From Lama glama (Eukaryota), in NCBI GenBank assembly GCA_028534125.1, contig CM052818.1, positions 37,450,001 through 37,514,000 on the forward strand: 64,000 nucleotides of DNA. The letters run 5' to 3'. The notes under the pieces were generated by a model. That model saw only the letters and a list, made by a program, of their open reading frames with translations. It was not told the origin of the DNA and ran no database searches. Made by a program: the position numbers and the translations under genes. Shown one piece after another: positions 24,144 to 36,832 of the stretch. How positions within the stretch are numbered: position 1 is the stretch's first letter; each line of letters begins with the position of its first letter.

Positions 24144-24282
24144 TTTTTTGGGGGAGGAAATGTAATTAGATTGGTTCGTTTGTCTGTTTACTTATTTATT
24201 TATTTAAATAGAGGTAATGAGGATTGAACCCAGGACCTTGTGCATGCTAAGCATGCTCTTTGCCATTGAGCTGTATCCTCCC
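24144..24282 (-). mobile_element. Camelid tRNA-derived SINE (Vic-1-like)
   Basis: Reverse complement reads gggaggatacagctcaatggcaaagagcatgcttagcatgcacaaggtcctgggttcaatcc, with Pol III A/B boxes. Degenerate TSD tctttctcttttttg (24136-24150) vs tcttcctctattttg (24283-24297). Confidence 0.88.
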
Positions 24283-24624
24283 TCTTCCTCTATTTTGATT
24301 AATACCTATCTTCTCTATCTCTCTGTCAATCTGTTGACTCATATCTTTAAGTAACTTCCTGAGAAAGAGTGAATGGGATGCAAATTCCCTCAGTCTTTAC
24401 ACATATCCCCTTTTGGGGATAAACAGTGCATTTCCCTCTTTATCTAAAAGCATTGATTGAACTTGTCTGTGGACTGAGGCTCAGCTACCACTTGACTGCA
24501 TTAAACTTCCTTGACTGCATCTGTTCTTCTTGGAACTTCCATTCCAAGTGATTTATACAGAAAAGAAAGAATGATGTAAAACACGATGTAACAAAAGTGC
24601 CACCTCTAGAAGTGGACAACATGG

Positions 24625-24815
24625 ATTCTGCCAATTGCAAACTGGGATCTTCTGTAAAATTTTTAATCTCTCTGAGCTTTAGTCTTCTCATCTGTGTATA
24701 GACATAGCTGTAGATAATCTAGAGACTTTCGGTGACAGCTACACAAAATGCATGTCAAGTACCTAGCATGATGCCTGGCACTGGTGGCAGGTAACTGACA
24801 GGGGGTCATTTATTT
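24625..24815 (+). mobile_element. MIR
   Basis: 'ttaatctctctgagctttagtcttctcatctgt...gtacctagcatgatgcctggcac'. Confidence 0.75.
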
Positions 24816-26949
24816 TGTTATTGTGATTTAGGATTGATGAAAAGGGCATCAGACTTCCCTTAATATCATACAATTTTCACTATTCTCTTCTCTTACATAG
24901 CTTCTTTGGATTAAACAAAATCATTGTATGATTTTTAAAAATTCCTTGAATATCTACTTACATTTAAAATTAAAAACCAAGCTTTCTCTCATTGAAAATT
25001 TGGAAAACACTGAATACTAAGAAGTCTTGAAATAATCATGTTTAACTTTGTTTGCTCAGTGCTTTCCAAACATATTGACAAAGGAATACATTTTTGTGTG
25101 TAACTACGGCTGCATATGGGATGTTAAAACTAATGACATATCACACATATAGAATCACTATAGTTTACATGTAGCAGAAGCTTAATAAGGAATGGATGAA
25201 CCAGTGCATGAATGAAAGATGTTTTTCTCACCTTCATTCTAGGTTACGGATGCAGGATGTCTCCTGTCCTTCATCCAAATCCTACCCATTCTCCCTCCTA
25301 GATTAAGAATTTCCCTTCCTCTGACTTACAGAATATATATTGGTGTCCGGCCATTCAACATTTGGTTATATTCTGTCTTGTCTTGTTGTCTTATTGTCTG
25401 CGTATGAATCATTGCGATGGCAGTTTCCTGGGAGAGAGGAGCGTGTTTGTCATTGATTTTATCCCATTCTCACAAAACCTGGCACAGAACCTGGAGGAAT
25501 ATGCCGTCGTGGGTTTGCACCTTTTATCTTGTGCTTCTAATAAGCACTATACTTTCCTCTGACCATCCGAGGACTTATTGCCCAAAATGGTGCTCAAAGA
25601 CCCCTCACATCAGCAGAAGAACTAAATAGTGAGTGAAATTATCCAATTTCTGCCGAACTCATAAACATCCCGAATGTAGGTCACAGTCATTGCCTGATGT
25701 GCTGTGTGTTCCAACAAAGCAGCTGCCATGAGGAGCCCGGCTCCCGGAAAGCAGCATGGCCCCGAAAAGAGCAGCCGTTTGGAAACACATTTTCATTGAC
25801 GATTTGGGGAAGTTGGGCATTCACTTAAGAAAAAGCCATGATTCTGTAAGAAATGAGCAATTTATGCACATTATAATCAAATTTATTTTTATATCCAGCT
25901 ACTCCTACATGTGGCATAATTCAGTCTGGGAAATCATGCTAATTAGTTAGAAATCCATTACATTGTAAGTCTGGTAGCAGATGCAAATACGGTTTCAAGT
26001 GTTCTCACCTCCACAACGCGTGTGCTTTTATTAGAACGCATTCCCAGCGTGGACGGTCTGTAGGTGAACCAGGCTCTAGAGTGCAGTCGAGGGGAAAACA
26101 CTCACAAAAACCTCTGACAGCGTTTCTTCTCATGTATTTTTAAAAAATGCCTTGTGCTTTAAAATATAAGAACATTTCCACTTGCCACGAGGCTGGTCAG
26201 AGCAGTGAACTTCCCTAGTCAAAATAACAATGGTAATAGTTATAGTGCAGAGTTCTAATGGCCAATGAGAGCTGCATCTTTGCTGAACTGGACGCCTGGG
26301 CATGCCCTTTGCAGACGCTGGCAAAGAGTAGCGAGCGCCAGACTGGGAGCAGAAAGACGGAGCTCCAAAGGCGGGGAGCTGGCCAAGCCACTAACCTTTT
26401 AGATGCTGGACTTTGTCCACTCTCACTCAGAATGATACAATGCACTCTGTCTTCCTCCCAGAGCTGTTGTGATTTTAATTAAGATTGATATGTAGTTTTT
26501 AATTAAAGAAAAAACACTCCAGTGAGTCTTACTTTTGGATTATTGAAAATATCCCAGCCCTGTGAAAAAGTAACACCAAACATATAACCTCTATTAAGGA
26601 CATCGTAAGCTGTACATTAATTGTATTTTAAGATAAGTGATAAATAATAAGGTCTAATTAAATAACTCTACTGCTCAAACTACTACCTGATAAAAGATTT
26701 CTTGATGAGTTAGGACTTTGGGATCCAGAGGCTAAAGTGTGGGAAGGGTGAATTTGGTGAAATTCACGTTTTAGATCAATATTTAAAAAACTTCCAACAG
26801 AAATGAACATGTCCACTCTTCTCTCCTCACCTCCTGAGCACCACCTCCACCACCCAGGGCCCCAGGCAGCTCCCCCATCTTCCTGTATGCCCACCACCTC
26901 TTAGAAGCCCTAAACTGGAAATGGATTGATCTTTGCCCTTTCCGCTTGC

Positions 26950-27625
26950 CTTTCTGTCTAGCCTGCCAGAGCATCTGTAAGTCTATATCCGAACCGTCCT
27001 CAACAGCTACCTCCTCTCTCGTACTTTGTACCTCTCAGGCCCCAGTCCGAGCTCCTCCCCAAGTCATCCGTCACCTCTGACTGCCTCTGGGGCTTTCCCA
27101 CCCACAACCACTCACTTCAAAGCCCTCATTGGTCTTCTCAAGTGCAATTTTATTTTAAATGGTTACGTTTACACTTTAAACCATTTAAATGGCCCCAAGG
27201 AGCCTCCAGATAAAGTCCCCCCATGAATGGTCCCTGTTTGTCTCCCCGGGTCTTTCCTTTCCTGCCACAGGCTCTCCGTCAGCTGGTGGAAGTGGCTTTC
27301 CTGGAGGTCCTGAAACTCCCCAGGCGCGCTCTCACCTTAAGGCGTTTGCATAACTTAATTCTGATTTCAGTCTTCTCTTATCCAGTCAGCTTCTTTTTTT
27401 CTTCAGTTTTCAATCAGAAAGAGTCATTATTCTGAGTAGCATGTCCTTTTCTCACCAGACCTGTGCTTTTAATTAGTCTCACTATGACTCTTGTGTTCCC
27501 TGATCACAAATCCCACTGGTCTCAGTCTTTTATGGCATGAGGAGGACTTTAGGGAAGATTTTGTCTTCCTTACCATTCTCTTCCCAGAGTTTGGCGTGAG
27601 CCGGTATTTATTTTCTTGAATAAAT
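26950..27625 (+). mobile_element. L2 fragment
   Basis: Pyrimidine-rich L2-like text ending 'ttcccagagtttggcgtgagccggtatttattttcttgaataaat'. Confidence 0.5.
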
Positions 27626-30103
27626 TGTATTTTCTTGACTAAAATGACTGAATCAAGAAAACGATCTCAATTGAACAACTGATTGAAATCCTCTGCAGAA
27701 AGCGCCTTCAACCTGCTCCAGAAGCTCGGTGGTGTCAATGGGAAGTTTCAAAATACTGCAATGACAGGTTCTTCTGTAACACTGTGAACTCACTTGTACA
27801 GTTGCAAGGACCTCAGAGATCAAGACGCAGATGTTACATGTGTTAACTGGGGTTCCGAGTCCCCAACTATGGGAACAACAAGAGGAAAAAAAAGGGGGGC
27901 TCTCTCAGCTCCCCTCCTTGCCCTACAGGCATATCCACGCCTATCTTCAAAACAAACAAAAAACACCATGACTTGCTACATATGTTTTGAATTGACTGAC
28001 CTAACCTTAATCAGTCAATTCTAGAATTTTGGTAATAAAGCAATAACTAAGATTTAAAGTATTGGAAGTGTCCTTCTGAGCCAATTGAGGAGTGTTTAGG
28101 AAGTCATTAGTCCTTTCCATCTTCATAATCTTTGACCCTTGAAAATCTATGTGCTCTGCACACATCACAAAGAACTCCTGGTGCAGGAGTTAATTAAGCC
28201 TTGCGAAGCCCATTGGAGACAAGTATTTGCTGGCCTCGTGTCTTGGTTTCACAGTAGAGTCCTGAGGACTGGTACACTCGTGCTGTCTCGCACAGGGTGG
28301 GTCCTGGCTTGGTTGACAGAAACGAAACAGAACCAATGAAAACACTGTCACCAGTGTATGTCCACATTTTCTTGGTTCATTCAGGTCTGGGTGACAATGT
28401 TTCAGTTAGTTCAGTCAAGCAGAATCATGAGTGACTACGGAGGTGGCTCATGACACCACGATGGAAGGTGCATGTGAGGACAAATCAGAGTGACTTCCTT
28501 ACTTGGAGACAGCATTAGAGCCCACCACTGACCGTGCGCTTGAGGATCAGCCTTTCATTTTGTGCTTCGGGACTACAGCAAAGGGTCACACAAACCCCTA
28601 GAGCGTTCTGTTTTTCCTGAATAGATCCTGAAATTCCTTCACTGAGGGGAGGAGAGAGGCCCTTCCTTCCATGCAGATCAAAGGCAGGAACTTGCTCAAG
28701 GGAACTCACCCACTCCACTCATTGCACTGATGACACTCCATCCCAAGAGTGGCTTTAGATATGGTCCAGGGCCAGGAGCGTGAGGCTGCCTCTGTGGGGA
28801 ACAGCAGGGAGAGGGAAAAGGTTCGGAAGGAGATTCTGGTAACTGACAACCGTGCCAATGATCTGATTGTGTCCCTTCGGGTCTTGGAATACAGGATGTA
28901 CCCATCTGCCAGCATGCACCTACCTTGTCTATGGAACAACCAGGTCTGCACTGTAGCCCATCAGGAGCTAGGGACAGACAGGGACGTGAAAAAGAATGCC
29001 TGACTCATGTGCCCCCTGCCCTGTGAGTGAGGCCAGCAGCTTCTCTGAGGGCGCAGCCGTCCAAGAAACAGGACACACAGAAAGATCGGACAAGATGGCA
29101 TTTATTTCCCTGTTCATTTATTTGACACATATTCCTTGAGACTCTTTGGAGTGGGGAGTACTTTACTGGGACATAATGTTGGAAGTGGGCACAAACACAA
29201 ATAAAACACGGTCTCTTTTAAATGAGGGTTCAGCTTAGAGCTGAACTAAGAGCCACCTGGGAGAACCGGCACCGAAGGGCGGGGGTCTGGCTGGCCTGGG
29301 GAGCGCTGTTGGTCAGGGAAGGAAGTCGGGAAGGAAGTCAGGAATGAGAGAGGGGTTTCAGATACGTGCGGGATAAGCCTGTAAATCCTGTTCCTTTCCT
29401 GTTGACCACTTAGGCTGGGGGGCTTGTGGGATCAGATTGGGAAGGGAGGCCACTGTTTTCTGGATAAACCAGTAGTATCTCTTGTTTTCCTCCAATGACA
29501 GATGGAAGTTTTATAATTCTGCTCTTGATTCCTTCTTTTGATAATTGCTGAGTAGCCAGTGTTTTGGTGTGTTGTTTTGTTTTACTCATGCATTCATTCA
29601 TTCCAGTACTGACTTATTTTTCCATCATATTTCCAACATGAAACATGCTTTACCACTTAGCGGTGAAAGCACGGACAAGTTATTTAAATTCCTAGTGCCT
29701 TACTTAATTAGTTTAAAATGGAGAAAATACATACATACCTATTTTGGGGGTTTATGAGCATTACTGAATCACTGCTCTGTTTAAAGCACAATAATGTTCT
29801 TGGTGCATTCTCTGGAATCTGAAAATTGTGGGTATATTTTGAATCTTACCATCAAAGGCATGCAATCTACCTGGGACAACAAGATGATTACTTAAACACA
29901 CAGGGATTGAATGACAGGGCTAGAGAGTATCAGGGCTTTTTATAAAGAGTGGTGATTATAGACGATCAGTGCAATGTGATCACAAAGGGATTGGCCTCTG
30001 TCAAGAAAACGGCAAACAGAAAGGCAGGGGAAGCTCTCTGGCTCTGAGCACTTGCATACAGGCAGCTTCTGCTGTCTTAGAGTGGGGCTTGTTTTCATCA
30101 TGG

Positions 30104-30107
<4 letters not shown>

Positions 30108-30138
<31 letters not shown>

Positions 30139-30164
30139 ATGTGCGTGCGTGCATGTGCACATGC
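30108..30164. repeat. (TG)n microsatellite with an alternating purine-pyrimidine extension
   Basis: Directly visible. Confidence 0.95.
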
Positions 30165-31997
30165 TTGATTTGGACTTTAGGTAATTTCAAGTTAGTCCAA
30201 AGTTCGTAAGCAATTCTGCATATGCCACCTCTTGGCCTAGCTCAGACAGCCTGAACCATTGAAAATGTGTGTCAGGCCTTTCAGAACAAGTGTACCCCGA
30301 CACACTGATGTCACGTGAAAAAAAAAATGGGTACCAACAGAATCTAGACAAGGGTGTTTTCAGACGTAAGAATGGTTCCTGTGGGGGCTTTAAAGCTCGA
30401 TGCATAGGTAGAATGTTAAAATCATCTCCTCTTTTTTTTCTGTCCTCCTCCTCGCTGACTCTCTCTTTTTCCTCCCTCCCTTTATTTCTCCCTCTTCTTT
30501 AGCAAAAGAGTACTTTTCTCAAAGTCTATGTAAATTCCCAAACAGAAACATTTGTATCATATTTATGTTCCACACTGTTTGGGCACACAAAGCTCACTAT
30601 ATAAACATATTAATTCATGAAACAAGTCCATTAATAGGAGTCATTGGCATATCAGCACTATCCTTACATTTGCCAAGGAGAGTCTATCAGATCGCCTTTT
30701 CCTAGGAAGTTTCCCCAGCACATATGAAACGTGAGCTCCCTTTCAGTAATTTCTCTGCATCTTTTTAGGAAGACATCTGTGGTGTGAAGCAAGACACACC
30801 TGCCTATCTAACTTCAAATGTCAAAGTAGTAAACACATGAATTACTGATGAAAAGGAAACTATATTCTCAGCCATTACATTCCATGCTTCATTCTTGTCA
30901 TCAGAGGGGTTTTTAATAAAATGCCTTACATTCACTCTCACTTCACGGTCAGGTGCCTGTTGTTTTAACAGGCAGGACACTTTCCTAGGTTTCAGCTCAG
31001 GAGTATATGATTCAATGTGACTTGTACCCAGCGCAATTGTACATTATCATAAAACTATTATTCAAATGCCCTGAACAGAAGTTCCTAATCTTCAACAAAT
31101 GGCATACACTTCACTGCCAGTTTTGACATCTTAAGAAATTAATCAAGATTTTTGTAGGCGTCTAAAGATGCATGAGTCGAATGGGTTTTTAAAGTTTCTT
31201 TTTCAGTCAGTGAAGTAAATTGCTGACTCCTCACTTTAACTTCCGAGAAAATTTGCAAACTGTACAGTAAGTGCGTGCCTTAAAGTCTGAAGACTTATCT
31301 TGGAATATGAAAACGGGGTTGCAAAAGAAAAAAGCAATTACTTCATGCAGATAACTCCATTGGATAATCCTAGGTGGTTGATCTGGAGTTATGCTAAGAA
31401 TTGGGCTCTGTTAAGGAAATAATAAAATGATTTTAAGACGGAATAATAAGAAAGGCTATTTTAGAGTTTAAAAATAATGAGTTTGATGTGAATAGAAAGT
31501 TTTGGGTGTTAGAACTTGAATCCTTGAGGCACGATCAAGTCAATTAAAATTTGTATATGATGGGGTAATCTTGGGTAAAGGGGAAAGAATCAGATTTCTC
31601 TTTCAGAACAGGCAGCAGAGCATCTGTTAAAACCCGTGATGACTGGGTCTTCACAAGTGATGTTCCTGGGTACCTGAACTCCTCTTCCCTCTCCTCCTCA
31701 CATACCTAATTCTGACTCTCTTTTCAGTTAGCTGTGGAAGTGGCCAGGACTACATTTCCGTCTCCCTCCATCTCCCCTAATGATTAGATTAAAATTCCCA
31801 GCATTTTGTTCACTTGAAATTATTTAAGAAATTATTTATAATGAAGCCACTGTTTTAAATGCCTGTGTTTTATTGCTGACAAACGCTATGCTTGGCATGT
31901 GTCTTAGCATAAACTCAGCACCTAGCACAGTCCTGGTGATACACATGACATATTGCTCTTTGACCACTTGGAGGAAATTCGAAGTTAGTTGAATATA

Positions 31998-32035
31998 ACA
32001 CACACATGCACGCGTGCACGCACACACACACACAC
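31998..32035. repeat. Interrupted (CA)n microsatellite
   Basis: acacacacatgcacgcgtgcacgcacacacacacacac. Confidence 0.9.
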
Positions 32036-33010
32036 TTATTGGAAGAGGGTATATTTCGAGGTCAGTGACCTCTTGGTTTCTGATCACTCTTGTGGAGAAG
32101 TGTTGGTCATGGCAGCGAGTTAGCCATCACAGAGAAGGCATATTCGAGCAATAAGGCCTTCGCTATGGAGTCCAGGCTTTGTGGTTAAAAAGCAAAATCA
32201 GGTGGACTCACATCAAAACTTCATTCTATCCACCACTGAATTGATCAAGTTAGAAGGACCTTTTCCCAGGCTGCTGGTGTGATGTAGGAAACCACTGCAT
32301 TTGAGCATCTCTGCCTTAGGAGATACAGTAGACGCTGCCTGGAGAGGACACTTGAATACTTGTTCTGGTGTGAAATTGCCCTTTCTTGGCTGTTGGCTTG
32401 TCTTTTGCTATGCATGAGGCTGCACTTGAAAGTTATATCAAGAGATAATGTTCCCTAAATAAGAGCATAATCTGGGGATCACATTCTCCTAAAGGTATTA
32501 CCCAATTTTACTCTTAAAAAAACACAGCATCCTGTATGATAGAATTTCCTTGGTGGTTCGAATGTTTCTTCCTTTGCTGTACTTTAGTAAAGTTTTTTTC
32601 AGACCTACCCTTGGTTTAGATCTGCTTTAAAAGAGTGCTTATTTTTCTTAAGAGTAAACTTCCATTTCCTTACTAAGTTTCGCTTTCCCTTCCCTAACCT
32701 CCCCCAAGCTAAGTTGCCAATCTCAGGTTCTGTGAATGTTGCTGTTTTAGAAGATAAAAATAAATGCATGGGTTCATTTCATAAATTATTCCAGAAGAAT
32801 GCTATCTTTTCCTTTAATTTCAAATGCCATTTAATTTTGCAGCTTTGCACAGAGATCTCTTTAAGGCTGTCTCTTTTTCTGAAAATGATGACATTACTAG
32901 CCAGAATAATCTAGTGATCTCTTTTAAAAATATGTTGGAAGGACATTGTCTAGAAAAGTGCATTTGGCTTAATCTCATCGCCTGGGTTTCCTGCCATTCC
33001 GAATCACGCT

Positions 33011-33510
33011 NNNNNNNNNNNNNNNNNNNNNNNNNNNNNNNNNNNNNNNNNNNNNNNNNNNNNNNNNNNNNNNNNNNNNNNNNNNNNNNNNNNNNNNNNN
33101 NNNNNNNNNNNNNNNNNNNNNNNNNNNNNNNNNNNNNNNNNNNNNNNNNNNNNNNNNNNNNNNNNNNNNNNNNNNNNNNNNNNNNNNNNNNNNNNNNNNN
33201 NNNNNNNNNNNNNNNNNNNNNNNNNNNNNNNNNNNNNNNNNNNNNNNNNNNNNNNNNNNNNNNNNNNNNNNNNNNNNNNNNNNNNNNNNNNNNNNNNNNN
33301 NNNNNNNNNNNNNNNNNNNNNNNNNNNNNNNNNNNNNNNNNNNNNNNNNNNNNNNNNNNNNNNNNNNNNNNNNNNNNNNNNNNNNNNNNNNNNNNNNNNN
33401 NNNNNNNNNNNNNNNNNNNNNNNNNNNNNNNNNNNNNNNNNNNNNNNNNNNNNNNNNNNNNNNNNNNNNNNNNNNNNNNNNNNNNNNNNNNNNNNNNNNN
33501 NNNNNNNNNN
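33011..33510. other. Assembly gap (500 N)
   Basis: Run of n characters. Confidence 1.
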
Positions 33511-33718
33511 ACTGGGATTTCAAAATTGTAGAATAGATAAACAAGATTACACTGTATAGCACAGGGAAATATACACAAAATGTTATGATAAATCACAGAG
33601 AAAAAAATGTGACAATGAGTGTGTATATGTCCATGAATGACTGAAAAATTGTGCTGAACACTGGAATTTGACACAACATTGTAAAATGATTATAAATCAA
33701 TAAAAAATGAAAAAAAAG
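33511..33718 (+). mobile_element. Young camelid-type L1 3' end abutting the gap
   Basis: 'ctgggatttcaaaattgtagaatagataaacaagattacactgtatagcacaggg...ctggaatttgacacaacattgtaaaatgattataaatcaataaaaaatg' plus an A tail. Homologous to the L1 end at about 17210-17400. Confidence 0.9.
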
Positions 33719-33745
33719 ACTATCATCCAAAGAGCAATGGGGAAT

Positions 33746-33905
33746 GTTAAGAAAAAAAAAATTGTGACACTTGTTAAAGATGGTAAGGAAGACTTCATTC
33801 ATGAAGGACTACTGCAGTGGGGTTTTGGCAGTTGGGGAGAAAGATTGGGTTCAAGTCCGAATATAATAAGAACCATTGGAGATTTATAGCCAAGCAGCAG
33901 ATCAG
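33746..33905 (-). mobile_element. ERV1-class LTR fragment (MER31/MER67-like)
   Basis: 'cacttgttaaagatggtaaggaagacttcattc...agaaagattgggttcaagtccgaata...gatttatagccaagcagcag'. Resembles the left end of the 5699 LTR. Confidence 0.6.
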
Positions 33906-34469
33906 AAGATTTTTGTCCAGCAAATAGAAGATAAGAACCCAGACCATGTCAAGAACAATGGGTACAGGAAGCAAATACATGATTATAGAGACACCAAGGA
34001 GATTAAATGGATGTAGTCTTAGAAACTCATCCAGTGCCTGGCATGTAACTGGGTGCTCCAAAAATATTTATTAAATAAAGGGAGCAAATGTGGCATGTAA
34101 TGTATATGTTAGTGTTAATATTGTGCTTGTCATTCTTAGCTGGCCATCCCCAAATCAGTGAGGGTCCAGTCTTGATACATATTATTATATGTGAGACAGT
34201 ATCATAATTATCCACCTTCCAAACTTTGATTGTAACACATTAATTGTCTCATGCCTTGTCATGACTGGTATCTGAGAATATTTTTATTATATATCCCAAG
34301 ACTTTGATCAGAACAAATACTTTGTATTTTGTTCCTGGGGTCAAAAGAAAATATTCCACTTAAAATAATGTAATACATCATTAACAGGAAATGTGTTTAC
34401 ACTGACAATCATGCAAAACTTTTAGTGTAATCTTTTTGAGTCAAGAATCTAGTAAACACAAACCATTAA

Positions 34470-34680
34470 GAAAAAAATTCTGGCTCTATCATTTACCAGA
34501 CATAGCTAAAATCTGTGATTGCTAAAATCTCTCTGTGTCTCCATTCCACAATCTACAAAACAAACACAATTATACTTATTTTGCAGGGTTTGGGGGAAAA
34601 TCAAGTGAGTTTTTATTTATAAAGTGCTTAGCAAGTGCCTAAAAAGAGTAAGTGTTTAAGAAATTAAAATGTTATTTTAT
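34470..34680 (+). mobile_element. MIR
   Basis: 'aaatctctctgtgtctccattccacaatctacaaaa...taaagtgcttagcaagtgcct'. Confidence 0.7.
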
Positions 34681-34979
34681 TCAGTCTCCAACTAGCAATA
34701 ATGACAAAGTGATTAGTGAGACCATCTTCCTTTCAGTTATCAAGTAAATCTCCCTATTGAAACCAAGTAAACTGTTAAACTCCCCCACATAATAGGAAAA
34801 TGTAGCAGTGAAATATTCTTTGGGGAAACTGAGAACTTCAGCAGTCTCAGTAATTATGAATCCCTTCACTGCTGACACTTCCTTAGGAAAACAGGGGCCT
34901 TTGAGAACAGGTAAAACATCACAGTCCATTCATGCACAACGAGTCCACTAGATACGACATTCTTCATCCTTCCATCTGG

Positions 34980-35300
34980 TCATTCAGTGATGATTTAGTG
35001 AGCATCTGTCAGGCGTCAGACACTGTCCTGGGCACCATTTTGCATAGGGTATTGAGATATATACCCTGCCCTCCAATACTTCACAATCTCATAAGAGGCC
35101 CTGAAACATAAACAGATGGTTGCATTACAGAAGAATCCTAATTTTGTACAAAAATTGGTAAAAGCAGAAAGGATCTCTTTGACAATGGGGTCATGAAAAT
35201 TTCAAGCCATGGGTCATCCTTAAGGATCTAGTTCTCAGAGGAGGAATAGGAGGCCTGAGTGGCTGATAACAGCTACAAGGATAAGACCAGCCTTTGACAT
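34980..35300 (-). mobile_element. L2 3' end
   Basis: 'cattcagtgatgatttagtgagcatctgtcaggcgtcagacactgtcctgggcac'. Confidence 0.6.
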
Positions 35301-36199
35301 CCTTTTTAAACTTTTTCAAACGTTTGTCACTTCCTGCATGCCACCCTCTCCCAAATTTCCACGGTTATATGGTGACATCACCTGATAGTTTGTCACTTCC
35401 AAGCTACCATTGCCCTCAGGTAGAAAAGGCACTGAAGGACCCAGGTCCCTTTCCTATCCTTTTGCACCTGTACCATCAGCCTGATGCCTTACATCTGGAC
35501 CATCCTTTCTGTACACGTGCCCCAATAACCTAGGATCTTCAGGCTCCTTTATCTAACCCTTAAAGAGAAATTCAGGACTCAGTCCTAAGGCAAATTTTAT
35601 GTCTCTGTACAGTAAATGAGCATAGACTCTTGTAGAGGACAGAGATCAGATGGAAAATGGGGATACTCTTTGTCCCATATTATACAATGAGAGGAAGAGG
35701 GGGAGATGCTTTTGACATTCAGAAGGTGGACTGAATGTTAAAAAATATGAAGCAAAGGCATAATATTTGGGTTTTGGTCCAGCATGTAGATCTCAGACAA
35801 TGAACGAAGGGGAAGGAAAGCTATGCCATGGGGTAAAAGATGTCATTGTCTCATGTTTCTTGTGAGCTAGTTTTATCAGTATAATACCACGGACAGCATT
35901 GAGGTGAGCAATGATGTTGTAGGAAGCTGTAATAATCTTGCAAAATAAATGGGTTCAGAACATGTCACATACAAATAGGAAATGAAAGGAGCAGAGGAGT
36001 TGGAAGCTAGAAACATAGTCCATTGTTGATCTGCCCCCTGTATTGTTTTTTTTAATATCAGCTTCCTTAGGTTGTGACCTACTTCTTTGTGGCCATCTTT
36101 TCTGGTGAAGTATTAAGACTTTGAGGCCAGGAAGCAAGTTCAGTTCATTTTTAGGCCTAATTGCTCTCTGCCACTCACCCCTACTGATATTGTCAAAAT

Positions 36200-36832
36200 G
36201 CTGTAGGATTCATAATTTGACTTTCATGACGGCAGGGAATATTGGACTTGTAGAGGCTAGCATCAGAGGTTTGTGAGTCCTAGACAAGAGGGACATGGAG
36301 AGCTTTGGGCAGGTGAAATGGGTGATCAGGAGAGGATCCAAGGAGAAAGTAAAGGAAGGGGAAGGAGAAGTGAGAGGTTAGAAGAGGTTGGCTAAGAGCT
36401 GGAGACAGTGGCTAAGGCAGCCTGGAGCCTGGGAGGTCATTTGGAGCAGGTAGATGGTGCACACTATCATAGGGAGTGGGATCCAGTCCTGGGTTGACAG
36501 TCCAGGTGGGAAGAATGTGGTACTTGCTAGAGAGACCTGACCTAAGATCAGGGGCAGGATCCAGGGACTAGTAAGCATGTTGAGCATGTGTGTGGGAACC
36601 AGGGGTGCCAAAATGTGATGGAAGAGTGTGGGGAAGTTACTAGATGGTTGTCTCTCATACGCATCTGGTAAGAATGGTGGTAATAATCTTGATTCTCTGA
36701 CAACAGCATCTGACTCAGCCTACTCAGAGGGGGTCCGTGCAGGGCAGCTAATCATGAGGGAGTTTTAATGATGAAGTTCACTGCAGAATAGATTCCAGAC
36801 ACAACCAGAGACAAAGGCTAGGAGCCCCAACA
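36200..36832. mobile_element. Possible ancient LTR/ERV-like fragment, unclassified
   Basis: G-rich, strand-asymmetric block ending 'ggagccccaaca' (TGTTGGGG on the minus strand). Family not recognised. Confidence 0.25.

Noticed and set aside
32820..33674. The three longest ORFs (195-284 aa)
   Set aside because: They are artefacts of translating through the 500-N gap.
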